A DNA stretch of 64,000 nucleotides from an uncultured virus (IMG/VR IMGVR_UViG_3300024420_000237). Lineage: Duplodnaviria > Heunggongvirae > Uroviricota > Caudoviricetes. A program made the translations under genes and the position numbers. How positions within the stretch are numbered: position 1 is the first letter of the stretch; each line of letters starts with the position of its first letter. The notes beneath the pieces are model-generated. The model saw only the letters and a program-made list of their open reading frames with translations. It had not been told where the DNA came from and did not search any database. Positions 9,400-19,434 of this stretch are shown in pieces. The stretch spans positions 1 to 64,000 of IMG/VR virus record IMGVR_UViG_3300024420_000237; one strand, written 5' to 3'.

Positions 9400-10821
9400 T
9401 TAAACCTTATATTTCTTCATTGCATTATACAACTCTGGTAATTGTTTTTCCATGTTTTCGTTTCTGATTCCATCAAGTTTTTCATTGTATTGCCAGAACT
9501 TCTTATTATTTTCTTCTGTGAACCAATCTTCATCATACATGAACTTAATATTATTATCAAGTAATTGGTCCATCTTCATTATAGCCCACTCTTTATTTGC
9601 AGGCTTAATCATTCCCATTGCCATAGGGTTCTTCTTAGCAAGTGAATGATAGTCAATGTTATTTACTATTTCTGTTTTGAACTCTGTTCTAAATTCTTCC
9701 CATTTGTCTCGTACTTGGTCTTTTACTTCTAATGGTAGAAATCTTGTTGCTAATTCATGTGGTCTATGTATTGGGTGTGCGTTAATAAATGGCTTAGGAT
9801 TATTCTTTAACATAGGAGATATAACTGCAAAGTCTTGTTCTATCTTCCACTTTAAGAAATCTGTAAAATGAAAAGCATTCAGGGCACCAATAGTAAATGC
9901 TATCCAGGCTCTGAAATTCATTTTCTCTAATCCAACTTCATCTAGCCTCTTTAAATTCTTTTCCATCAGTTTTGATTTAAGTGGGTTACGTACATATTCT
10001 AATGTCTCCCCTATTCCGTCCATTGATATACCAAACTGAACTTGCTTAAATTGTTTCCATAACTCTAATGCTCTAGGCTGAATGTTAGTTAAGTTAGTAT
10101 TGTATTCAAGTGTCATTTCTTTTGCTTTATCTACTTCAACACAATACTTTAAGAAATCATAATGTTCTTCAATGATAAGAGGTTCACCACCAACTAGATA
10201 TACATGTTGCATACCTGATACATTTTCTTTTAGGTTCTCCCAGAAATGGTCTTTCTTAACCCAATCATAATCGTGTGCAACAAATCTGCCTTTATTGTTT
10301 TTGTACATTTCAACAATACCATGAGTATCTTTAAACTTATTTGTACCCCACATCTTAACATAATCATCATACCAAGAACTACTATCCATAGGAGAACACA
10401 TGCGACATTTAAGATTACAGAAGTTACCCAATCTAATATCATAGTAAGTCTGTTTAATATGATTTAAATCAATCTTGCCATCTTCTGAGGTATGTGTTTG
10501 TGCTTGTTCTAATGTTATATGTTGAGCAAATCTTTCACCATCATTGATACGTCTGGACTTCATGCCTGCTTTTTCTTCACGTAAACATCTAATGCATTCT
10601 GCATGCCATTTGCCTTCAAGCATTGTCTTACGAATATCTTTTGCAAGAGGAGAATTGATTGCATCTGTAATCTTATCTTGTTTAAGATTATAATTTTCAC
10701 CATTCTCTTTTTTATATATACCTCTTGTAGGCCCTTGATTGGCATGACAACAAACACGCAAATCGCCATTGGCACGTGTTGATATGTTTATCCAAGGTAA
10801 GATACAAAATGTATCAGACAT
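9400..10821 (-). CDS. Radical SAM protein with N-terminal Twitch/SPASM-like domain (subtype A)
   Basis: N-terminal FCILPW..CC..CIRC; CNLKCRMC; GGEPL; YNTN; SMDG. Confidence 0.93.
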   Translation of the reverse strand: MSDTFCILPWINISTRANGDLRVCCHANQGPTRGIYKKENGENYNLKQDKITDAINSPLAKDIRKTMLEGKWHAECIRCLREEKAGMKSRRINDGERFAQHITLEQAQTHTSEDGKIDLNHIKQTYYDIRLGNFCNLKCRMCSPMDSSSWYDDYVKMWGTNKFKDTHGIVEMYKNNKGRFVAHDYDWVKKDHFWENLKENVSGMQHVYLVGGEPLIIEEHYDFLKYCVEVDKAKEMTLEYNTNLTNIQPRALELWKQFKQVQFGISMDGIGETLEYVRNPLKSKLMEKNLKRLDEVGLEKMNFRAWIAFTIGALNAFHFTDFLKWKIEQDFAVISPMLKNNPKPFINAHPIHRPHELATRFLPLEVKDQVRDKWEEFRTEFKTEIVNNIDYHSLAKKNPMAMGMIKPANKEWAIMKMDQLLDNNIKFMYDEDWFTEENNKKFWQYNEKLDGIRNENMEKQLPELYNAMKKYKV

Positions 10822-12049
10822 GATGAACGCTCGTTTGTTTTTCTTCGTTATCTTTCATTTCTGTGTCCTCATAATTCTTCTTGCTATTGCCTCTAAAGTC
10901 TAAATCTTTGCCACATGTTTTACCACATATGAATAGACGTTTGCTCTCGTTACGCCAGCTATCAACTAGGTCTTTTGCATAGTATTCTGTATTAAGTATA
11001 TCAAAAATTGAGTGCTTTGACAAGTCATTAAAGTCTTTTCCGTACTTATTTTCTAACTCAATTCTGTCATCTATTCTTTTCTGCGTACCTTTATCTTCGC
11101 CTACTGTACTATAGTAATGCCCCTGCCAACAACATGGCCACACTTTGCCTTTATAATCTACAAAGATACTTTTATCTCTAGCTGTTTGACAATCAATTTG
11201 TGTTGTCTTTACATAGTTATCAAATGTCTTATGTTCTTTTAGTATTGCTTCAAAATTCTTTGTAGTATTAGATGCATCTGTTTTCTTTGGTGCTTCTAAT
11301 ACTGTTTCTTTTTGCATTGGGTCTTTCTTCTGGTGTTGCTTTGATACAAACTTAATCGTTGTTTTCTTTTCTATTGACTCATCTTCTCTAGGAGTATCTG
11401 GATCTGCACTATAATCTTTAGGTATTACATAACGATTTGATTTTTTATATCTAAATTTTATAAAACCCATTTCATCTGCTAACTGTCTTGCTTCTTCAAT
11501 CTGATGTTCATTGTGTGCAAATGCAATATAATCCCATCTAGCAAATCCTCCTGCTCCTATAAATGCTTTCGCATTACGCATGATAATATCCCATTTAGTG
11601 TTAACTCTGTATAAGTGATTAGTATCTTCTAATCCATCAATAGCAAAAATAACTTTATCTTGTTTACGCATCATCTTAGCAAGTTTAACCCACCACTCTG
11701 CTGGATGCACCCCACCATTTGTACTAAGCGTTACTTGTGGAACACCAGCATCAATGTACATCTTAATAACCTCTTGTAAGTGAGGATACATAATTGGATC
11801 ACCAAAGTTGCCATTGATAAAAACATGATTAGGCAAGAAAGGTTTCATTTCTTCTAGCATATTATAAAGCAACTGCGGATCTGTATCAACCAATTGCAAA
11901 TCATCACGTTTCTTTAACACAACTCCGTCATGGTCTAGTCCTGTGGTTCTCGCACACATAGGACAAAGGGCATTACATCTTGAGGTTAACTCTAGGTGTA
12001 ACACACCAACATCAAACTTAATATATTTTAGTTCTTTTTGCTTCGCCAT
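10814..12049 (-). CDS. Radical SAM protein (subtype B)
   Basis: HLELTSRCNALCPMC, GNFGDP, FAIDGLEDTNHLYR, C-terminal PCCW and CGKTCG. Confidence 0.92.
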   Translation of the reverse strand: MAKQKELKYIKFDVGVLHLELTSRCNALCPMCARTTGLDHDGVVLKKRDDLQLVDTDPQLLYNMLEEMKPFLPNHVFINGNFGDPIMYPHLQEVIKMYIDAGVPQVTLSTNGGVHPAEWWVKLAKMMRKQDKVIFAIDGLEDTNHLYRVNTKWDIIMRNAKAFIGAGGFARWDYIAFAHNEHQIEEARQLADEMGFIKFRYKKSNRYVIPKDYSADPDTPREDESIEKKTTIKFVSKQHQKKDPMQKETVLEAPKKTDASNTTKNFEAILKEHKTFDNYVKTTQIDCQTARDKSIFVDYKGKVWPCCWQGHYYSTVGEDKGTQKRIDDRIELENKYGKDFNDLSKHSIFDILNTEYYAKDLVDSWRNESKRLFICGKTCGKDLDFRGNSKKNYEDTEMKDNEEKQTSVHHV

Positions 12050-13629
12050 TTTAAAAATAACTCTTCCGGATATCCATACGCATGATTAATTTCTTCTAGT
12101 TTCATTCCCCTAGTAGGAGACCCATCCCAATCTGCACTATGCAATCTAAGATGTTTGTTTTTCTCGCACATTTTATTGACTACATCTTTGTAGCCTGCTC
12201 TACGTTCTTCGTATGATAGCAACCATGTTGTATATCTTGTAGTAATATAATTACTACTCCACACCACACTGTCATATCCTTCTTCGTGTGGTTTAATTCT
12301 ATCTATAAGAGGCTGTGCATTTCTACATAAATCAGCAACACCATATGTGATGTTAGGATTATGTTTTACCTTTTCATGCATTGCGTAGAAGTCTTCCATC
12401 GTATCAAATATTCTTAGAATACTTTTCTGATATGCCTCTTTTGCCTTTTCTCTTTCACTATCCCAGTTAGGAGCTTCAAAGTTAAAGTCTTCGTATATTG
12501 ATATCAACGCTTTATCAGTTTTATACCATTCGTCATGCAAGTAATCTAAGTATTGATTAAAGTCTTGCGGATCCCATTCATTGTGCATCCACTTTCTTGC
12601 TTCTAAACTGTTTGCTGATATATCAAAGTAATTAATCCCTACAGTCTCTACATCAGTATCAGGGTTCCAACCATTTAAGAATGCAAATGTTTTAAATCCT
12701 GCGGCTACGCTATAGATATTCTTTAGTGGAAACTTTCTAGGAACAAAGTATACATCATTAACTGATTCTGTATTCATAACCCATATAGCATCTGGTGAGC
12801 GTTTAACTGTGTAACTCTGATATTGTAAGAATTCTTTTTTGCTATCTCCTAGGTTGCTTTCCTCTGGTTTAAACTCTGCACATCCTTCTCTAAAGAATTT
12901 TTTGAACTCTTCCTGTTCCTCTTTAATCTCTGGATACAAGTATGTCTTAGTCTTACGTGCCTGTTCATCAAAGTTTCTTACTGGTAGTCCTGCCTCTAAA
13001 CTCTTTGCAATTAAGTTCCAACCAAAGCCTGTTCTGTTAATTGTCTCTTGTGCGGGCCCCGGTGCCAAATATTTAGGTGTATGACCGTCGTGGAAGTTTT
13101 CCATGCTACGAATAGCTTGTCTAACTTCGTGTTGTTTAACTCCAAAGTCCCCAAACGCTGGTCTACCCATAGCTTTCCACATAGGATAATTGATAACAAA
13201 GCATTGTTCGTGTAATCTAAACCATCGGTCTTTGTGTTGTTCGTCAAGAATATGTCCCATCAATAGGAATTTATTTGCCTTTGCATCTTCTAACCAATCA
13301 TAGTTACAATACTCTCTGAATAAACTATATCCATGCTCCAATGGTTGCCACGTGTCATATAGTATATTACCATATGCCTGAACTACTAGAAGGACAATAT
13401 CTTCTTCGTTTGGATCGTTGGCTAAGTCTGCTAATATCTTATCAACTGAATCTTCTTCGTAAATCTTATGTCGATAATGACTATAATTATTTCTAAGAAA
13501 ATTGTAAGTAATTTGTCTATTATAGTTTGATACTTCTTCATCGCCAATAGTTTTAGATGTATCTAATACTGCACATCGTATTGCTTTAATAAAATTGGTT
13601 GAGCGTTGATGGTCTGTGTGTTTATTCAT
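12028..13629 (-). CDS. Hypothetical two-domain enzyme-like protein
   Basis: 533-aa ORF overlapping both neighbours; GHILD/HEQCF/ENFHD motifs in N-half; YFDIS and VVWSSN in C-half. No confident family. Confidence 0.7.
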   Translation of the reverse strand: MNKHTDHQRSTNFIKAIRCAVLDTSKTIGDEEVSNYNRQITYNFLRNNYSHYRHKIYEEDSVDKILADLANDPNEEDIVLLVVQAYGNILYDTWQPLEHGYSLFREYCNYDWLEDAKANKFLLMGHILDEQHKDRWFRLHEQCFVINYPMWKAMGRPAFGDFGVKQHEVRQAIRSMENFHDGHTPKYLAPGPAQETINRTGFGWNLIAKSLEAGLPVRNFDEQARKTKTYLYPEIKEEQEEFKKFFREGCAEFKPEESNLGDSKKEFLQYQSYTVKRSPDAIWVMNTESVNDVYFVPRKFPLKNIYSVAAGFKTFAFLNGWNPDTDVETVGINYFDISANSLEARKWMHNEWDPQDFNQYLDYLHDEWYKTDKALISIYEDFNFEAPNWDSEREKAKEAYQKSILRIFDTMEDFYAMHEKVKHNPNITYGVADLCRNAQPLIDRIKPHEEGYDSVVWSSNYITTRYTTWLLSYEERRAGYKDVVNKMCEKNKHLRLHSADWDGSPTRGMKLEEINHAYGYPEELFLKWRSKKN

Positions 13630-14428
13630 TAATTTTATTCCAACTGTTTAACATAATATCTTCATAACCTCTACCACCATACTGCCCATGAACAATCATA
13701 TGAACTCTAACTTCATCTGTATCATTCATCACTGCATGTTGGTGTCCTACATTCATCTTAATCATCTTACCGGGCTTCCACGGAACATATGCATTATCAT
13801 CAATCATTTTAAAATAACAATGCTCAGGATTGTTTAGCGATATATTCAATGGTCCTAGCTTATTGTGTTCATAATCATTGTGAGGAGTAATGTATCCTCC
13901 TGGTTCTAAGTACATATAACGAACTCTATCGAATGACATATAACCTGGGATAGACTTAATCATTTCTACTGTCTTAGGACATTTATCTGCAATCTCTGTC
14001 CAATGATATGCTTCTCTTACTTCTTCTTCACTTTTAAAATCGAAACCCATAGCTTTAACATCTTTACTATCCCAATGCTGAGATACATGTTTACCTAAAC
14101 CATGTAATGTTAAACTACGCCAGCCTCTGTGTCCGTAATCATCAGGGTTACTTTCATCGTAATCATTTTTTCTATGTTGAATAGCTTCATCGTATACTGC
14201 CATTGCTTCATCGTAACATGCTTTCCAGTCAAACTTCGGTACATCTAATACTAACCAAGGGATACCTGACTCATGTGAAATCCATTTTACTTTTCTGAAT
14301 CTTGCTGACTCTGGAAATCTAGGTTCATTCATCAATGCATCTACAAATGTATCTGGTACTGTATCAAAACTATAACTATGCCTATCCTTAAATTCTTCGT
14401 TAATTATATTTGGATAATTAATTGTCAA
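13622..14428 (-). CDS. Aspartyl/asparaginyl beta-hydroxylase-like Fe(II)/2OG oxygenase
   Basis: GWRSL.LHG, CPKT, RVRYMYLEPGGYITPHND, HAVMN, RVHMIVH. Confidence 0.85.
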   Translation of the reverse strand: MTINYPNIINEEFKDRHSYSFDTVPDTFVDALMNEPRFPESARFRKVKWISHESGIPWLVLDVPKFDWKACYDEAMAVYDEAIQHRKNDYDESNPDDYGHRGWRSLTLHGLGKHVSQHWDSKDVKAMGFDFKSEEEVREAYHWTEIADKCPKTVEMIKSIPGYMSFDRVRYMYLEPGGYITPHNDYEHNKLGPLNISLNNPEHCYFKMIDDNAYVPWKPGKMIKMNVGHQHAVMNDTDEVRVHMIVHGQYGGRGYEDIMLNSWNKINE

Positions 14429-15977
14429 TGTCCAACTCCTGCTGATTTACGTGAAAACCGTTGTCTTCTAATTCTTTTAATAGTCTGTCATCAAACTCAC
14501 CATCCCAATCTTCTCCGTCATCTGGAGTCCAATCTAGCAATGGTGCCATCTCTGGGAATACATCTCTGAAATTAGTCTCACGTATCCCATCCATTTTGTT
14601 AATATATTCAATAAACTCTGGCATACGCTGTCGTGACCAGTCACCGCTCTCTGAGAACTGCAACATACCTTGTAATCTTTTCACACCATATGATGCTTGG
14701 CGCCAATCTTCATATGTTACTGGTGTTAGTGAACCTTTAGTACATAACTCCCAGTTTTCTTCTAACCATTTGATGAAGATATCATATTTCTTATGTGTCA
14801 TTTCTTTGAACCAGTTAGGAAGAACTTTAACGTTTAGATGAGGTGGGTGATAAACAAAGTGATAGTTAATCATACCTGCACCTAGCGGCCATAAGTTAAT
14901 CTTCTTAAAGTTTTGTTCTAGTTTCCACTTAACAAAGTCTGGTAAGTAATAAATGTTTAGAGCCTGAACTGCACATGCTACTGTAACTTCTACATTAGGT
15001 CCTGTGTTGTCTAATAGATGAAACTGCTTTACTGTGTGTTCCCATTCACTTGGATAACGAATATAATCATTCATTACACCAATACTATCTACTGAATAAT
15101 GAAAACGTACACGCTTGAACTGTTTCCACAAATCAAATAAACGCTGTGGCATTTCAAGTCCATTTGAATTATAACGCAACTCAATACCAGGAGCATATCC
15201 TCTTTCGACAACTTCTTCTAGCAACGTGTAATGTTCTTCAATAATTGTTGCTTCTCCACCAGCAAAGTATAATTGTTTCATGTGTGGTATTTGGTCATAC
15301 AACTGATCCCAGAATGCATCATTCTTTTTATGCCAGTTATAACTTGCACCATCAATCTGGCCTTTATTGCCCCATTGCATAGTTTCTTTCAATGACTCAT
15401 TTTCAATACTAGGATGTAATTTAATCCAATCTTTTACCCACATTGAACTGTCGTGTGGTGAACACATGATACATTTCAAGTTACACTTCGACCCAAGTCG
15501 CAAATCCAAGTAACGAATCTTTGGAGGGATAGAACCATCTTCTGCCGTCTCGGCGATAACCTCTTCCATATCTACTCTGCGTGACCAGTATTCTGTTTCC
15601 CAATATCTTTTTGACATGTGGCCTGCGTCTTCCTCTTTGTAACATTTCATACAACTAGGAGGCATTTCGTTATTAAGCATTTGCTTACGCACATTCTTCA
15701 TGTAATCATTATTCCAACTTGACATCAAGTCGCTGTGATTTAAGTTTGCAGGTTTACCATCAGCATTTTTTAGAACACCAACTTCTCCGCCGTGTTCTTT
15801 GTCATTAGTAGGACCAACTGAACTCGCATTAGCTGTACAACAAACACGCATATGTCCATTAGGTCGTGTGCTTAGATGTACCCAAGGCAAAAGGCAGAAT
15901 GTCTTTGTTGGAGCACCTGTTCTACGTTGAAATTCTTCTAGGTTTTTCTCTAATTCTGGATTGTTTTTCTTGGTCAT
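14418..15977 (-). CDS. Radical SAM protein with N-terminal Twitch/SPASM-like domain (subtype A)
   Basis: FCLLPW..VCC..CMKC; CNLKCIMC; GGEA; YNSNG. Confidence 0.93.
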   Translation of the reverse strand: MTKKNNPELEKNLEEFQRRTGAPTKTFCLLPWVHLSTRPNGHMRVCCTANASSVGPTNDKEHGGEVGVLKNADGKPANLNHSDLMSSWNNDYMKNVRKQMLNNEMPPSCMKCYKEEDAGHMSKRYWETEYWSRRVDMEEVIAETAEDGSIPPKIRYLDLRLGSKCNLKCIMCSPHDSSMWVKDWIKLHPSIENESLKETMQWGNKGQIDGASYNWHKKNDAFWDQLYDQIPHMKQLYFAGGEATIIEEHYTLLEEVVERGYAPGIELRYNSNGLEMPQRLFDLWKQFKRVRFHYSVDSIGVMNDYIRYPSEWEHTVKQFHLLDNTGPNVEVTVACAVQALNIYYLPDFVKWKLEQNFKKINLWPLGAGMINYHFVYHPPHLNVKVLPNWFKEMTHKKYDIFIKWLEENWELCTKGSLTPVTYEDWRQASYGVKRLQGMLQFSESGDWSRQRMPEFIEYINKMDGIRETNFRDVFPEMAPLLDWTPDDGEDWDGEFDDRLLKELEDNGFHVNQQELDIDN

Positions 15978-15984
15978 ACTGTAT

Positions 15985-17055
15985 TTATTTCACCTTAAAT
16001 TTCGTTACTTCTGTGTCAGATACGCAACTGCACCACGTTTGTGGACATATTCTGCCATCAGTTGGAAATACTATTTCGTCTGGTTTGTTTATGTTACCAT
16101 GAGACAAGTGTAAGAAACAACTGTTACCACTTGTTACTGTTCCATTTAAATTAACAACCAATGCTTCTATTCCAATCATACATTTCCAGCCCTTCCAAGA
16201 GTTATGTCCTTGTTCCATTATGTGATTTGCATTATCGAACACTTCTGATTTGCCCGTCTTAGTGTTTATATATCGCATTTGCTTACCAAAGTTCTTTCTT
16301 TTGAACTTCTTTATTGTCATTATATGCTCATATTCATTTTCAACTGCGTCATCTATCTCTTGCCGATACTTTGTCTGTCCATCCCATTGTCTTAATTTAT
16401 CAAACGCACCTTCTGGATATACAAATGTATTATCACTGCCTAATGTTTCTTGTAATGCTTTCGAATTATGAACTATGCACTTAGAATTCTCATGGTAATA
16501 TTGAGCCGCTTCATAATTTAATTCTATTAACGGAGGATATATAGCTGACTGAATAGAACATATCGTTCCCTTGTCAGTAAGTATGTTTGATACCTCTGTT
16601 ATATGTTTATAGTCTGCACTTTGTGGATGATAACTTATAATAACTTCATCGAATATGTTTGCATTCTTCTCCCACCATCGTAGGGTTCTTGAACCGTTAG
16701 TCAATATTCTTACACTAGCATTTGGGTCGTATGCTTTCATCTTATGAAATACTTCCTCAAACTTAGGCCAGACAGTAGGTTCACCACCTAACAAGTTCCA
16801 TAGTATTCTCTTACCAGGAGCAACAACTCTATAATGGTCTGTTAATCTTTTAGTGAACTTTAGAAATACATCTACCTCAGGCCAAGGCTGACTGCCGTCA
16901 TGAAAGTAATCATCACAATAAGTACAGGCATAGTTACAAGTATTCCCCATCATCCAATCAACGATAATATAATCATTCCCAGCAATAGGCTCGTATCTGT
17001 CATACATATCGTGGTATGAAGTATCTGCTTTCATCCTGAGTTTTAATTCAGCCAT
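15985..17055 (-). CDS. Radical SAM protein with C-terminal Cys cluster (subtype C)
   Basis: CNYACTYC, GGEPT, TNGSR, GWKC..G, ICPQTWCSC. Confidence 0.92.
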   Translation of the reverse strand: MAELKLRMKADTSYHDMYDRYEPIAGNDYIIVDWMMGNTCNYACTYCDDYFHDGSQPWPEVDVFLKFTKRLTDHYRVVAPGKRILWNLLGGEPTVWPKFEEVFHKMKAYDPNASVRILTNGSRTLRWWEKNANIFDEVIISYHPQSADYKHITEVSNILTDKGTICSIQSAIYPPLIELNYEAAQYYHENSKCIVHNSKALQETLGSDNTFVYPEGAFDKLRQWDGQTKYRQEIDDAVENEYEHIMTIKKFKRKNFGKQMRYINTKTGKSEVFDNANHIMEQGHNSWKGWKCMIGIEALVVNLNGTVTSGNSCFLHLSHGNINKPDEIVFPTDGRICPQTWCSCVSDTEVTKFKVK

Positions 17056-18143
17056 TATTTAAACTGCTCCGCAAATGCATCAAACTGTTTTCCACATTTT
17101 TGTGAACATACCATTGGTTTACCTGCATGTGTATTTGGTTTACCCCAACTATCAACAAGTCTTTTAGAAAAGTATTCATTGCCCAATACCTGTTTGACTC
17201 CATGTTCCTTTGCATTGAACTCATCTTTGCCGCCTGATTGTTGTATCAATTCCCATACTTGGTTCTCGCCAGGCTTCTGCCACCATTTATACATACTGCC
17301 TGCTACCCAACAACAGGGCAAAATTAAACCCTCTGCACTAACATATATGCTTTTCTCTGCGGCTACTTTGCAACTTATTTCTACATTATCGAAATAGTTT
17401 TCTAATGACCCATGTTCTTTTTTAAGCACTTCAATCTTTTCTAGTGCTTTATTTTGATACTTAACTTCCTTAGGTTTCTGTAGTAACTGCGTTGTTCCGC
17501 CTTTTCTATTCATAGCTTGGTGTTCATCTTTGCCAACTTGTTTCATCGTTGAAAAGAAACGTCCGGTCTTTTTAGGAATAAACTTCTTAAACCCTGTCTT
17601 CTCTGCTAATGCTCTTGCCTCTTCTACCTGATGTTCGTTGTGTTCAAAGATTAAATAATCCCAATGTGCTTTGCCACCTGCTTCGATAAATGCTACTGCA
17701 TTTTCCCACGCTATATCCCAATTAACATTCTGTCTATATAAATGATTAGTGTCACCCAATCCATCAAATGAAAACTTAACATAACTCCAGTTACCCAATG
17801 TCTTGGCTAACTCTCTCCACCACTCTGGCTTCTTCGCTCCGGCATTTGTATTCATACCAAGAGTAAGTTCTTTCTTGCATGAACGAAAGTATTGAAATAC
17901 TTCCAGTGTTTCTTTTGCAACAATTGGATCTCCAAAGTTGCCACACATATAAATTCTATCTAACTGCTTCACAAACTCTGGAGGCATCATCTTTCTGATA
18001 TCTTTTAATGTTAATTCATGTAGTCCAAGGTTAGGATTATCAGCCCCACCGTGTATATTTCTATCACACATAGGACATGCCGCTTGGCACTTCTCAGTAA
18101 TTTCCAAGTGTATTACTCTTACATCATCATAACTGTAAATCAT
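17055..18143 (-). CDS. Radical SAM protein (subtype B)
   Basis: HLEITEKCQAACPMC, GNFGDP, FSFDGLGDTNHLYR, PCCW, CSQKCG. ATG 18143 preferred over track start 18275 by alignment with paralogs. Confidence 0.92.
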   Translation of the reverse strand: MIYSYDDVRVIHLEITEKCQAACPMCDRNIHGGADNPNLGLHELTLKDIRKMMPPEFVKQLDRIYMCGNFGDPIVAKETLEVFQYFRSCKKELTLGMNTNAGAKKPEWWRELAKTLGNWSYVKFSFDGLGDTNHLYRQNVNWDIAWENAVAFIEAGGKAHWDYLIFEHNEHQVEEARALAEKTGFKKFIPKKTGRFFSTMKQVGKDEHQAMNRKGGTTQLLQKPKEVKYQNKALEKIEVLKKEHGSLENYFDNVEISCKVAAEKSIYVSAEGLILPCCWVAGSMYKWWQKPGENQVWELIQQSGGKDEFNAKEHGVKQVLGNEYFSKRLVDSWGKPNTHAGKPMVCSQKCGKQFDAFAEQFK

Positions 18144-19434
18144 TATAATCCTTTTTAATAACTTCCCAAACTTCTGGTACAAAATCTTTGATATGCTGTT
18201 CTCTAACTTTATCAAATCTTTTAGTTGCTCTTGCAAGATGCAATGGAGAATATTCTTTATCGTCTGACTGGGCATAAATCAATGCAGGCATAACTCGTTC
18301 AGCATATACGTCATCCCATTTATTAAATCTCTCAATCAATTCTTCTAAGTATGGTATTCTTATACTAAGAGGAATGCTTCGTATCGAATCCCATTCAGGA
18401 ACTCTTAAAACTTCTGGTCTAACTGTGACCCCTAATTCTTTTGCCCACACGACTGTATCATATAAATTAAATAGATTGTAGGCTTGCAACGTAAAACTTA
18501 TTTCTGATACGTTTTTACGTGATTTTAATTTATCTCCACGTGCAATATTGTGATATATCTTTATAGTTTTATTTATTGTTGAGAACTTCACTGGTGTTCT
18601 AATATATTCTACTACTTTGCCTATACCGTCGATACTATAATTAAATGATATCCTTGAGAACTTAGATAATTTATCTAAGAACCTTTTATTATTATTCGTA
18701 CAGTTTGTTGTAAAATGTATTGGAACATCAAAGTATTCTTTATCAATAAGAATATCTAAAAATTTATCTACTTCTGGCATAATTGTTGGCTCACCACCTA
18801 GGAACTTAATTCTCTCTCCTTTATCAGCCGCTTGTAACAAGAACTCAATATTGTATTCATTCTCTAACACATTTGATTTTCTTATAATACCATCACCTAA
18901 CATTGGTTTCAGTATTACTCTATTATCTTTTATTTCTTTCTCCATCTGTGAACTTGATATAGGTCCACACATACGACATTTTAGATTACATAAATTGCCT
19001 GGTCTAATATCTAAATCCAAAGGAGCATTGTATTGATTTCCTGTTTCAACATTTGGTTGAATCTTTGGATTATACATAGCATTGAAATTCATTCTATCGC
19101 TTCTGCCACCTGCATCTTCTATGTCATAACACTTCGCACAAGTACTAGGTCTCTCATTACGTAGAAATCGTTTTCTAAACTCTTGGTAGTAATCATTGCC
19201 CCAACGTTTTTCTAAATCTAAATCTAAGTCATCTGTTACTAAACTATTTTCACCAGACATACAACAAACTCGTTGGCCTTCATTACTGTGAACATACATA
19301 TGAGCAAATGGAGCCGCACAAAAATTACTAGTGTCGCTCTTGCCATCTTGGTGTTCCATTAGCAATTTCTTCAAGGCTTGCCTTGCTTCTACCTTTTCTT
19401 TGTTTATGTAGTCTCTGACCCGAGCATTTTTCAC
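18127..19434 (-). CDS. Radical SAM protein with N-terminal Twitch/SPASM-like domain (subtype A)
   Basis: FCAAPF..VCC..CAKC; CNLKCRMC; GGEPT; SIDG. Confidence 0.92.
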   Translation of the reverse strand: MKNARVRDYINKEKVEARQALKKLLMEHQDGKSDTSNFCAAPFAHMYVHSNEGQRVCCMSGENSLVTDDLDLDLEKRWGNDYYQEFRKRFLRNERPSTCAKCYDIEDAGGRSDRMNFNAMYNPKIQPNVETGNQYNAPLDLDIRPGNLCNLKCRMCGPISSSQMEKEIKDNRVILKPMLGDGIIRKSNVLENEYNIEFLLQAADKGERIKFLGGEPTIMPEVDKFLDILIDKEYFDVPIHFTTNCTNNNKRFLDKLSKFSRISFNYSIDGIGKVVEYIRTPVKFSTINKTIKIYHNIARGDKLKSRKNVSEISFTLQAYNLFNLYDTVVWAKELGVTVRPEVLRVPEWDSIRSIPLSIRIPYLEELIERFNKWDDVYAERVMPALIYAQSDDKEYSPLHLARATKRFDKVREQHIKDFVPEVWEVIKKDYNDLQL

